Shown: positions 12,497 through 25,375, numbered from the stretch's first letter. The stretch: 64,000 nucleotides of DNA from Octopus sinensis (GCF_006345805.1 NC_043010.1:46748001-46812000), one strand, 5' to 3'. Numbers and translations are program-made. Notes: a model not told the origin generated them from the sequence alone.

Positions 12497-12572
12497 CTGT
12501 TTCAACAGATCGTGTTCTGTCCTTACCTTCGAAACACGCATTGAGTCGAACCAGGGACAGCTGATGAAGTGG
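12497..12572 (+). ncRNA. Candidate non-circularly permuted hammerhead ribozyme, copy 2
   Basis: Same three core segments 824 nt downstream (CUGAUGA at 12561). The extra helix has 2 substitutions and stem II has one G>U change. Confidence 0.45.
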
Positions 12573-12794
12573 AATATTCCTTGTATTGTTTGTCTTGTAC
12601 TCTGTTTTTTCGTTGTTAAAAAAAGTCTGTTTCCTAGTTTGTTTTTATGTTTTCGTTTCTCGTTGAGTTCTACGTTTATTTGTGGTGTCCTGTACTCATA
12701 TATATATACATATATATGCATGTATATATACATGTAGATGTAGGTATGTACATATATGTATGTATGTATGCATATATTTTATTTATCAAATTAT

Positions 12795-12846
<52 letters not shown>

Positions 12847-12848
<2 letters not shown>

Positions 12849-14903
12849 CATCACATGATATGGAAGACAACTGGAAGTTTCTACAGGACAACTTGCTGAG
12901 AGCCACTGACCAGATCTGTGGATGGTGCAAAGTCCCCTCTCAACCCAAGGTAACATGGTGGTGGAACAATGTTGTTGACAGGGCTATTAGAGAAAAGAAA
13001 CAGACTTGGAAGGACTGGAAGAATGGTGGTAGCAGGGAAATGTACCAGACTGCCAGAGGGGAAGCTAGGAGACAGATTTATTTAGCTAGAGGGGAAGCAG
13101 ATAAGAAAAATTTGCCAATATTCTGCACCGTGAGGACCAAAAATTTGAGGTATTTCGTGTTGCAAGACAGTGTGTGAGAGAGAACCGTGATGTCATAAGA
13201 GAGAAATGTGTCCGTATGGATGATGGTTCACTTGCATTAAACAAGGTTGCAAAGGGAGAGGTTTGGAGATGCCACTATGAAAGGTTGCTAAATAAAGAGA
13301 ATGAATGGGAGAAAGAGAGTCAACCAAATGTCAACCCAACAGAGGGAACAGGTATCAAAATTGACAGTACCTTGGTAGATAAAGCAATTAAGGGTATGAA
13401 GACAGAGAAAGCCCCCAGCCCATCAGGAATCATTGCAGAGATGCTTAAAATATCTGGCGGTGTTAGCTATAGTCAAGTCACCCATATAGACTGTCACGTG
13501 ATACATGAAGGAGTCATACCCAATGACTAGTGTAGCAGCACCATAGTCAACTGCTACAAAGGTAAAGGTGATGCATTACATACAAATAATTACAGAGGTT
13601 TCAAGTTGTTGGATCAGATTATGAAAGTCATGGAGAGGGTCATAGCCCAACTAATTAGGGAGAGAGTCAGTCTAGATGAGATGCAGTTTGGGTTTGTGCC
13701 AGGGAAAAGCACCAATGATGCTATATTTCTGGTAAGACAGCTGCAGGAGAAATACCAAGCCAAAGATAAACCTCTGTACCTGGCTTTCATTGATATGGAG
13801 AAAGCCTTTGACAGGGTCCCCCGATCCCTTATCTGGTGGTCAATGCAGAAACTAGTGATAGATGAGTGGTTAGTGAGAGCTGTACAATCCATGTACAGGG
13901 ATGCTGTCAGTAAGGTGAGGGTTGGCAATGAGTAAAGTGAAGAATTCCTGGTAGGGGTAGGGGTCCACAAAGGATTAGTCCTCAGCACCCCTCTTAATCA
14001 TCATAGTCCTCTAGGCAATAACAGCGGAATTCAAGACAGGATGCCCCTGGGAGCTTCATTATGCTGATGACCTTGCTCTAATAGTTAAGTCACTATCAGA
14101 AATAGAGGAGATGTTTCAGGTGTGGAAGCATGGTCTAGAATCAAAGGGCCTTAGAGTCAATCTAGCAAAAACCAAAGTCTTAATAAGTAGGAAGGCAGGC
14201 AAACCACAAATCCCTTCAGGTAGATGGCCCTACTCAATCTGAAGAAAAGTGTAGGAAGAAACTCGATAAGATGTACCCGGTGTTAGCTATAGACACATAT
14301 GGGGTACAGCAACATCAAAGGAAGGCTAACTGGGAATATAGTTTTTGTGTGTGGCAAATGCTCAGAGGTAATAAACACTGAAAATGTGCAGAAAACAGCT
14401 TCTGTCACATTCCAGGGGAAAAACTACAAGTAATTGATAGCTTCCATTACCTAGGTGACCAAGTCAGTAGCGGGGGTGGTTGCTCTGAGAGTGTAGCTGC
14501 TAGAATAAGAATAGCCTGGGCAAAGTTCAGTGTGCTCCTACTACTGCTGGTGACAAAGGGCCTCTCACTCAGAGTAAAATCTAGACTGTATGATGAATGT
14601 GTGCGAATAGCCATGCTACATGATAGTGAAACATGGGCCGTGACTGCTGAGGACATGCATAAGCTTGCAAGGAATGAAGCTAGTACACTCCGGTGGATGT
14701 GTAATGTCAGTGTGCATACACAACAGAGTGTAAGCACCCTGAGAGAAAAGTTGCACAAAAGCATCAGATGTAGTGTGCAAGACAGATGACTCCACTAGTA
14801 TGGTAATGCGTTGGACAGCCGTGCAAAAAAGTGTCGCACCCTACCAGGAGAGGTAACCTGTGGAAGAGGTAGGCCCAGGAAGACCTGCAATGAGCTGGTG
14901 AAG
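12847..14903 (+). mobile_element. RTE-clade LINE, 5'-truncated and degenerate ORF2 (reverse transcriptase)
   Basis: Broken ORFs with KAPSPSGIIAEMLK, QFGFVPGKSTNDAIFLVRQLQEKY, FIDMEKAFDRVPR, ELHYADDL and RGRPRKT motifs. Multiple stops and frameshifts; flanked by TA microsatellite. Confidence 0.93.
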
Positions 14904-15180
14904 TATTGTATATATATATGTATATGTATGTATCGTGTGTGTGTATATATATATGTGTGTGTGTGTATGTATGTATATATGTATTGTATATATATATATA
15001 CACACATATATATGTATATATATTTATATATATACATATATATACACACACACACACACACATATATATATGTATATATATATATATATATATACACACA
15101 CAATACATATATATATATATAGAGAGAGAGAGAGAGTTTGAAGTGATGTACAGATATTGTATATTTAGAATAATAAGGTA

Positions 15181-15212
<32 letters not shown>

Positions 15213-15218
<6 letters not shown>

Positions 15219-15350
15219 GTCATCGCCATACTAATATGGCATTCTTATAAAAATAAGAATAAAGCTGTCCGCTTATTAGCTCCATGAGGCCATCGCCTTA
15301 AGTTAGCTATTTTTATAAGAATGCCATATTAGTATGGCGATGACTATTAT
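15213..15350. mobile_element. 138-bp MITE with perfect 43-bp terminal inverted repeats
   Basis: ATAATAGTCATCGCCATACTAATATGGCATTCTTATAAAAATA (15213-15255) is the exact reverse complement of 15308-15350. Confidence 0.85.
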
Positions 15351-15410
15351 CTTCCGGAAACGCTGCCGTTGTTCTCTTTTAGAGAGACTTAGTAATTTTA
15401 ATATTTCTAT

Positions 15411-15500
<90 letters not shown>

Positions 15501-15630
15501 TCATATATACATATATATATATACATACATAAATAAATATATACAATACATATATGCATATACATATATACAATACATATATACGTATAATCAATACATA
15601 CATACACACCATACATACAGATATCTCTTC

Positions 15631-16638
15631 TCTATATATATATAAGAGGCAGTGTGTCTGTCAGGTTGTACCCTCACCCTGACCACAGCTTTCAATCGAA
15701 TCTGATGAAACTTGACACACACATAGCCCAATGTCATAATTCAAAACTAACACAGCGAAAATTTTGAAAAGTTCTCCCAGTTCTGAAAATAATCGATAAA
15801 TTCGACATGGGGTCGAGAATCTAAGCTTATCATATGCAACATATTTTCCGTTGTAGTTTTCGCAACTTGCAATCGATTTTTCCCAAACTCATGGTGAAGC
15901 TTAATGTTACCACAAGGAACTTAATTCTGACGTTAGTTTTCCATGCAATACCTTACCATCAGAAAAAATCGATAAAATCATGCCATTTTGGGAAATCGCA
16001 TTCAAATTCAAGATGACATATTTTCGACAATATCTTTAACAAATTGGCAGGAATTTTTTTTTTAAATTCACAGTGAGCATCATGTCTGCTCCAGGGAGCT
16101 ATATGACCCTTTTGATTGCGATAGGATACGTTATTACTGGAAAAAATCGGTTAATTACATCATATGTGGCACACATAGCAAACCGATTTTTCTGCGATAT
16201 TTTTTGAAAGTTCACATAGATTTTCCCTACACCGATGTTGGACATCAAGTTTGCATTAAATGTCAAACTAACGACCTTTTGTCAATGCAGTTAACAAGTA
16301 TTGGGAGAAATCGATAAAACCATATCACTTTGAGACCAACCAAGCGAATCCTACAAAACTGACTTTTGTTAAATAGTTGGCGGATTTCAGGCGATTTAGT
16401 CAATTTTTGCCGCTTTTATCATAAAGGTTACTAGAAATGGCATGTTTTCCTTTTGCTTCAAATCCAAACAATGTTGGGCTGTAGTCATGCATGCAAGGGA
16501 ACGGTGCCTTGAATGCCTTTTAGGCTTCATTTTACAAAATAACGGTTCAATGAGTACAAAAAAGGGCAAAAAGGTAAAAGGCATTGCTTATTGACAAAGT
16601 TTCTTACATACCCGGGCAATGCTGGGCTATGCTGCTAG
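15631..16638 (+). mobile_element. Non-autonomous Helitron (about 1 kb)
   Basis: Starts TCTATATATATATAAG. Ends with GC-rich hairpin CCCGGGCAATGCTGGG followed by CTAG (16635-16638), as at 24843-24874. No ORF. Confidence 0.7.
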
Positions 16639-16794
16639 TATATATATACGTCGCCCTATGGCTTAGGAAGGGCATCCAGCCGTAGAAACACTGCCAGAAT
16701 GACTGGTCATGACGAATCCAGCTTCACACCCCAGTTGACCCGTCCAACCCATGCTAGTCGGGAAAGGGACTAAATGATGATGATGATATATATA

Positions 16795-17260
16795 TATATA
16801 TATAGATATATTTACAGTACATACATATATACAATATATACACAAAGATATATACAATACATACATACCATACATACATATATATATATACATACACAAT
16901 ACATACATGCCATACATACATATACAATACATACATACATATACATACATACATACCATAAATACATATGCAATAAATACATACATACATATACCATAGA
17001 TACATATACAATACATACATACCATAAATACATATGCAATAAATACATACATACATACATACATACATATAATACGTATATATACATACATACATATCAT
17101 ACATACATATACCATACATACATATACAATACATACATACATATACCATAGATACATATACAATACATACATACCATAAATACATATGCAATAAATACAT
17201 ACATACATACATACATACAATAATACGTATATATACAATACATACATATGCATACATATG
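16795..17260. repeat. Compound (ATAC)n/(AT)n satellite with higher-order repeats
   Basis: ATACCATAAATACATATGCAATAAATACATACATAC recurs three times. Confidence 0.9.
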
Positions 17261-17424
17261 CATCCATTCATATAGAGAAGGACTATGTATATATTCATGA
17301 AGAGGGATTAGGACAAATGTAAATTTTCTTTTCTAGTCAAACTTCAGTAAATATTTTTGATAATAAAACTAAGGTTGGAACACTATGGTATGCACTAGAT
17401 TGTTGATGTAATACAAGGACTTAC

Positions 17425-17621
17425 TTTAATATTGTGTCAACATCAAATTGACCATCAGTTGGGTTCAGGCCATTCAGCTTTGTATTTAATTCTCCATTGA
17501 TGTAAGTAATTGCTTGCTCAATTGATTTTTCTCTTTCAATATCTTCAGTCTCAATCTCAGATTGTTTGGACGTGTTCCAGATCTGGCTACTGAAACTACT
17601 TGTCATTACTGATGTAACAAG
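17425..17621 (-). CDS. ENO4: Enolase-4-like gene, internal exon (197 nt, phase 0 to 2)
   Basis: Acceptor ttgttatcag|CTT and donor ATTAAA|gtaagt. Encodes LVTSVMTSSFSSQIWNTSKQSEIETEDIEREKSIEQAITYINGELNTKLNGLNPTDGQFDVDTIL, matching the enolase N-domain helix (recalled human ENO4 AVQWVNSTITHELQGMAPSDQAEVDHLL). Confidence 0.9.
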
Positions 17622-19734
17622 CTGATAACAAAAACAAAAAACAGGTTTGTAAGTAGTCACTGAAGTAGAATATTATGAGGAAATGGTAAAAACAGCAAAC
17701 CTACAAAAATGACATTGCTTCCCAATTCTTTGTGTTCAAGGTAACTCAAGAAAAATAATGTCCATTTGTGAAGAAATCAATCTTTTTCTTCTTTCAGTCA
17801 TAAGACTGTGGCCATACTGGGGTACTGCTTTGAAGGATTTTACTCAATTGAATTAGCCATAGTACCTAGTTATTCTTCTTTTTAAGCCTGGTACTGATTC
17901 CACTGGTTTCTTTTGACAAACCACTAAGTTACAGGGATGTAAACACACCAAGACTGTTTATCAAGCGGTTGCTGGGGGAGAAACACAGACAGAAATATGC
18001 ACACATACACACATATTTCAGGCTTCTTTCAGTTTCCACCTATCAAATCCACTCACAAGGCTTTGGTCAGTGCAAGGGTGTAGTAGAAGACACACACACA
18101 CAATAGGCTTCTCTTCAGTTTTTGTCTACCAAATCCACTCACAAGGCTTTGGTTGGCCTGAGGCGATAGTAGGAAACACTTGCTCAAGGTGCCATGCAGT
18201 GGGAATGAAACAGGAACCATGTGGTTGAGAAGCAAGCTTCTTACCACTCAGCCACTCCTGCAGCTAAATTAAGAAAGGTAAAAATGAAATGGCTGACTGG
18301 GTAAGCTACAAGACTCTCAAGTCATAGGTTGTTGTCTCATAACAGCTTTTGAAGTTAAACACTTAGTCCCACTTGCTAAAGCTTCTTGACTATTTTAAGA
18401 AATCTTTATTTCAAGTTGAAGATAATTAAACTTTGTGTAGTTAGTTGGCATTGTCTTAAGGAAAAAAGAAAATTTGCCATCCATCAAATATTGCATTTTT
18501 TTCATTTCTTGACAGGAAAATTAACTTAAGAATGCTTATTGATTATTATTATTATTTTTTTTTTTTGTAAAAAAATATTCCATAGAATACTGCAGTTTTT
18601 GTACTGTTGTTCATTCTTTGTTTTATCATTTTTCAAAGATTATTTGGCAAATTCTATGCGAAGCAGTAAAAAAATAATGTAAGGTAATTAGAACAGAAGA
18701 AAGAAAGTGGCACATGCACAGGTGTAGCTGTGTCATAAGAAGTTTGCGTTCCAACAGCATGGTTACAGTTCCAGGTTCAGTTCTGCAGTATGGCACCTTG
18801 CAAAAGCTGCGAGTAGAATTGGTAGACAGAAACTGAAAGTAATTCATTGTGTGTGTAGATGTGTGTGTGTGTCCCTGCACCACTGCTTGGCAACCAGTGT
18901 TAGTTTGTTTGCAGCCCTGTAACTTAACAGTTTGGCAAAAACAGCCCGATAGACCAAATACCAGGCTTAAAAATCAAGTCCTGGGGTCAATTTGTTTGAC
19001 TAAACCCTTGAAGGTGATGCCCTAGCATGGCCCCAGCATAACTGAAACAAGTAAAAGATAAATAAAATAAATTTCTTAACTAACAGGTGAGATATTTATC
19101 AAGTTCATATTTTTCAGCAGCTGTTATCCATAACTGGAGTTACATACTTGTAATACATCTAATATATAATCCTTGTCTAAATTTCAATGTTGGAATGGTA
19201 AATATTCAGCTTTCACTTATGATTATCTAAAAAGTATAGTAATTTCTCACAGTAATATATTGTTTAAAATATGCTAATTTTCATGCCAACTCAAAACAAA
19301 GCTGTATATCTAGTTAGAGATTCTCTCCTCATCTCTACTGTAAAAAGTATGATGACATCCATGCTTACAGAGGAAGTTAGCATAAAAACCAAAACATGTT
19401 TTCCATATTTGCCAAGATAATTAAAATATTAGCTTCTGGTAAATTTTTGTGCTTCAAACTATATCATTTCAAGCTATTGTTTTAAAATTTGTTTGATTTT
19501 GTAGAAAGAATGTGACTCAGGCCATTATCAATTAACATACAGATTAATTGGTTGAGGATGGTCACACAATGAGGCATGATTTTGGAGACATTGCTGTACT
19601 GTTAAGAAATTTGCTTCCCAACCACATGGTTTTGGGTTCATTCCCACTGCATAGCCCTTTGGGCAAATGTCTTCTATTATAACCTTGGGCCAACCAAAGC
19701 CCTTGTGAATGGATTTGACAGATGGAAACTGCAT

Positions 19735-19812
<78 letters not shown>

Positions 19813-20705
19813 GTGTGAGTGTGTGTATGTTTGCATTTCCTTGTCTTTACATTGCAGGATTGCTATACAATGAATGTAGTTCATTTCTGATATTCTGTGT
19901 AAACATGTCTAGCCATTGGAGGATGTTACCTTTTTTAGAAATAGGTAACAGGAAGGGCATCCAACAAGAGAAAATCTGACTCAATAAACTCTGTGCAACC
20001 CATACAAACATGGCAGATCAGGTGTTAAAATGATGATGTTGATGATGATGATGAAACATACACACACACACATCTTTATTTAGGACCGCTGAGCCATGTT
20101 GGATTTGTAACGCTTTTCTTCAACCCCTTTAATCCTCTATATCATTTGTATTCTGTGTAAGTTGGACCTTTTTGTATGCAAACACATACTCTTTTACTCT
20201 TTTACTTGTTTCAGTCAGTTGACTGTAGCCATCCTGGAGCACCACCTTTAGTTGAGCAAATTGGCCCCAGGACATATTCTTTGTAAGCCTAGTACTTATT
20301 CTATCGGTCTCTTTTGCAGAACCGCTAAATATGGGGACGTAAACATACCAGCATCGGTTGTCAAGCGATGTTGGGGGGACAAACATAGACACACAAACAC
20401 ACACACACACACACACACATACAAACACACACACACACACACATACACATATTTGATGAGCTTCTTTCAGTTTCTGTCTACCGAATCCACTCACAAGGCT
20501 TTGGTCGGCCCGAGGCTATAGTAGAAGACACTTGCCCAAGGTGCCACACAGTGAGACTGAACCCGGAACCATGTGGTTGTTAAGCAAGCTACTTACAACA
20601 CAGCCACTCCTATGCCTACGCCTATATATACATTTTTTTGTTTTTCATGTATTAATATAGTAAAACTTTAATATATTGATCTGACTTACTTATCCCTACA
20701 TTTAC

Positions 20706-20765
20706 TTCTATATCTTTATTTAAAAGAACACTGTAATTCACTTGAAGCATTGTAGTACAGAAGTA
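20706..20765 (-). CDS. ENO4: Probable ENO4 exon (60 nt, phase 0 to 0)
   Basis: Strong acceptor tttctcttttccttcatttag|, donor GAA|gtaaat. Encodes YFCTTMLQVNYSVLLNKDIE. LQVNYSVLLNKDIE|LVTSV matches recalled human LQVDIFCTIQNFPK|NVCSV in register. A stronger out-of-frame donor lies 16 nt further on. Confidence 0.55.
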
Positions 20766-23572
20766 CTAAATGAAGGAAAAGAGAAATAGAGAAAGCGTTT
20801 TGTAAAACTTTCTAAATTTTCAATAAAAGAGGATTGTTATTTAACCCCAGGTCAGCTTTGATCAAGCACACCTATGATAAATAGGTTCCATTCATGATTA
20901 TCTGTTCTTTTAGTTTCAGGCGGTATATCTAATACTATATTATCTGTGCACTTTTACTAATGACAGAAGGTTTTTGGAAGAAAATTTAGCTGTTATTTCT
21001 AGTCAATCAAATGACCTTGTAGAGGCTGCCTCGTTGGCTCAAATGTGAGAACATTTATCAATCAGGTGAACAACGTTTTACTGATGATATTTATGATATC
21101 TAGGATGCTACTGCTGAAAGGAAGAAAATTATGTCATCTCAGATATAAGGTGATATTATTCCTCTGCGGGAGATATCTGAATCTGGCAGAGTGCCAGCAA
21201 TTGTTTAAGTTATGATGCAGATGCATATCTATACTCAGATGTGTGTGCATATGCATGTAGGTATGGTTGTACATGTACATTGTAGAAACATCTTAGAAAC
21301 TTAATTGTTATGCAATGTGACAAAGTGCTAAGAATGATTCAGTTTTAAATATTACACAAAAGAGATTCAGGATAGAAATTTCAGCAATTTTCAAAATTTT
21401 ATTTAGAAGTGTGTTTGTTTTAGGAGGGCAGGAAGGAGAGAGAGGCAGAGATTCAGAGCTAATATTCTAAAAAAGATAGTGAGATAGATAAAATGGATTA
21501 GTTTAGATTTATTTTTCTAGATCTTATCTTCATCTTCCTTGAAGGGTTCCTTCTGATTATCCTTGATAATAATTGTCAAGATAAATACAGTTATAGTTAA
21601 ATATATAAAGTAAAAATACTGATGAAAATGATTTCAAAATGTTGACAACTAAATTGTTCTTTTTAACGCTAACGTTTGCAATCACAAAGAATAATGACTT
21701 GTTTTTAATTATTTAATCTTTTTTCATTTGAAAAACTTAATTATGATGGACTGTTTTTTTTCTTTCTGTTTTGATTACATATAAAAATCTGAACAAGAAT
21801 CACTCTTCCTTATAATTACTGTTGTGTGTGTTACTTAAAATCTCCAAATAAATCAACACACACTATATGTCACTGATAACTGAAAATGAAGAGAGCTCTT
21901 TTAGTAGTAGAAAATTTTGTCTAGAAATAATAAAAGTTCTACAAAATTTATGAAAGACTTTTAGGGAAGCCCCCCCACTTAGATATTATGGCAGGATAGT
22001 TTATACTGCCTATCTTCAAGAACAAGCTGTCCATTTGTTTCCTTGTTTTTCAACATCTATAAGCACAGTAAGAGAAGTGTTTAAACAAATCTTTTCTGAA
22101 TCAGGAGGGGCCATGAATTATAGGAAGAATTCCTGAAGACAAACCACACAGACATTGTAACTGTTAAGTTGTTGTTATAAAAAAAAAAAAAAGAAATGAA
22201 AGAAACAAAAAGAAATTAGAAGTGAATATTTTTACAAGCAGCAGCTTTCTGATACACAGTTTTCAGTGTGTGGGACCTGTTGAAAGGGAAATATTTGTCT
22301 CTTCACAAATAAAGTACAACATTAAAAACAGTTTATGTACGAGGTTTGCATCCTGAAGACAAGCTAAGTTGTCAAAAGCTGATAAAATGTTTTCCAAGCA
22401 ACCAGAGAGATAATTGTATAGAATAACTATCAACTCTTAACCTGTTTCAAAACTTTTTCCTGTATAAACAAACACCTTCAAAAGAAAAAGTGAAAGAAAA
22501 TTGTTCCAAATGAAATAGCACTATGTTTATTTAATGAACACACACACATTGTGGAATTTCAGATTTTTCATTCCAAGAAGTTAAATTTCCTCTCTGATAA
22601 ACTCAGCCAATGCGAGGTTGTAAAAAAATTACTCAGGGATGCCTTTTGCATAAAGAACATTTAGTAAGTGTGGCTTAACTTATTCTTCACTGCAAGTCTC
22701 CACTTAATTTTTTAATGAACATAAATTTCAGAGTTCCCTACTTTCTTTCTTTGACAAGAATTACCATTAACACTGATTTTCCATCTCATTACAGATTTAA
22801 TTTCAATTGATTAAAAATTCTTTTGGCCTCATCCAGTATACTGGCCTGCACTTAATGATTTAGTATTGAATGTAGAAGTAAAATAAATACAAAAGAGACA
22901 AATATAAACTTAAGAAAAGTGAAGTTATAAATTATTGAAATGTTCATATTGATTTCTCTAATATTTAACATTTCAAGAACAAACAAGGCAGTGGACTCAC
23001 AGAATTGTTAGCATGCTGGGCAAAATGCTTAGCGGCATTTCACCTGTCTTTGCATTCTCAGTTCAAATTCTGCTGAGGTTGACTTTGCCTTTCATCCTTT
23101 TGGGATCAATAAAATAAATACCAGTTGAGAACTGGGGTCGATGAAACTGCTGGCCTTAAGCCAAAATTTGAAACCAGTATTTCAAGAACAATGGATTGGC
23201 AGAAAGCTAAAGTATTGGACAAAATGCTTTGCATTCTTAGTTCAAATTTCATTGAGACTTTTAGTTCAAATCCCACAGAGGCCAACTTGGATTTCATTCC
23301 TTTAGGGTTGACAAAATAAAGTATCAGGCAAGTACCAAACGTTGGTCTAATCAACTAGGCCTTCACCTCAAAACTGCTAACCTTGCATCTAAATAAAAAA
23401 TAATATTTAATATTTCATACTGGCTGTGTGGTAGGAAGCTTGCTTCCCAACCATATAGTTCCAGGTTCAGTCCCACTGTGTGGCACCTTGGGCAAGTGTC
23501 TTCTACTATAGGGCGGAGCTGACCAAAGCCTTGTGAGTAGATTTGATAGAAAGAAACTGAAAGAAACCCATC

Positions 23573-23623
<51 letters not shown>

Positions 23624-23624
23624 G

Positions 23625-24874
23625 CTGAGTAAAAAGTAAACAATGTTTTGAAACATGAAATTCATCGCAATATATTTCAACAATGTGGAAATTTTATTCA
23701 TCAAAGTACCATTACAATCAACACATTTTTGTTAACTCCATTAAGTTTGTTTGCAAATACATAAACAAAGATTTAGATGCTGCAACATACACTCTTATGC
23801 AGAATGGCAGTCAGCAGAAAAATAAAAATGACAAAGATGCACAGTATGACAGAGGAAGATACATCAGTACCCGTGAGGCTTTTCGGCACCTCTTCAATTT
23901 TCCCATTCATGAGAAGCACCCAGCCATCATTCATCTGAGTGCCCATCCAGAGAATGGGCACAGGGATATCTTTACAAAACAAACAGCCTTGCAAAAAGCA
24001 CTTTCTCCAAAAGAGACTACCCTCACTGCCTTTTTTTAAGTTGTGTCAAGAAGAAGCAAGAAAACTCCTTTACTCACAAATTCCCAAGTATTACACGTGG
24101 AGAAACAATAAATGGCACAAGAGGAAATGCTACTATTTACAGTTCCTTTTGCATGAGGTGTGTGGTCCCAAATCATTCCAAGATTCGAAGAGGGTAAATG
24201 GTCATGTGTGTGAAACTTATAGGGAAGCATGCTATGAACAAGGTTTTTTAAGAAAATGATGAGTATTGGGACCTTGCATTGACTGAAGCATCAGTATCAG
24301 ATCCTCCAAGGAAACTCCGTAACCTTTTTGCAATTATACTAAATATGTGTCAACCTGGCAGTCCCCTACAACTTTTGATGAAACATCGTGAGGACATGGC
24401 ATAGGACTTAAAGTAAGCAGTTCAACAGGCAAACCTAAATATCAATATTCAGTTCTCTGAAACAATTTTTAACCAAGTACTGATTGAAATTGAGGATCAA
24501 GTTTTGGCCATGGGAGGCAAATTTGCAAGAGTCTGGCTCTAGACAGCCAAAAACAAACCATCAAATTAGTGATTTAACTTAAAGAGACATAGCAAGAGAG
24601 ATAAATTATGACATCACAGACTTGGCTGCTTTTGTGAATGAACATGAACCTAAACTTCTTCCAGAACAACACTGTGCATATAATAAAAATTTTTCATTTT
24701 TTATTATTATTATTATTATAAATTTGTGTGTTATGAATTCAGAATTGATTTCCCAGTTGAAGAATAAATTGAATTTAGAATAACAAATTCCTATACAACA
24801 TATTTTGCTTTTTACTTCCAATATATAAGGAACAATTTCATTCCTGGGTAACACCAGGTGCCTCTGCTAGCTAG
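23625..24874 (+). mobile_element. Helitron, internally deleted Rep-helicase fragment with 3' terminus
   Basis: SIKFVCKYINK, GRYISTREAFRHLFNFPIHEKHP, ETTLTAFFKLC, IPKYYTW, GPKSFQD and TYREAC motifs. Terminal hairpin CCTGG-GTAACA-CCAGG (24843-24858) followed by CTAG. Confidence 0.9.
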
Positions 24875-25323
24875 TCAATAAATAAACTATAGACATTTCA
24901 TTTACCAGTTTCCTCACAACTGACTCTTCACATTTATTAAGAACACACACACACACACACATTAATTTATAGTTAAATAAAAAAAAAAACCTAATCATAT
25001 ATGAAATTAATGTTCAGCTCACATTGCCTCCAAAAGATTAAAGGAAAAAAATCTTCATCAGGCAAGGACGACAGGAATCTAATTCAGCTGAACACCAGAT
25101 AGACTGCTATCTATCTGCTATCTAGGTAAACCTGAGATACCAGCTGTAAATGTAATTAAATTACGAGACAGAGCAAGAACTGCTTTATAGTGCCAAACTG
25201 TTGTCAACAGATAATTTGCTGGTGTCTTCTTTCAGGAATTTAACTAGAAAAGTTTGGAATTAGCAGGTAAATCTAAAGAATGTGCTGCAGTAACATACAC
25301 ACATGTGTGTGTGTATATATATG

Positions 25324-25375
<52 letters not shown>

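Larger units (their letters stand above)
11511..12800 (+). mobile_element. Directly repeated unit (about 460-nt arms, period 824 nt), PLE pseudo-LTR / retrozyme-like non-autonomous element
   Basis: 11511-11970 is repeated at about 12335-12798. Each arm has a TTTGTA-type low-complexity stretch, a hammerhead-like core and a TA-rich tail. The spacer is pyrimidine-rich and has no convincing ORF. Confidence 0.6.
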
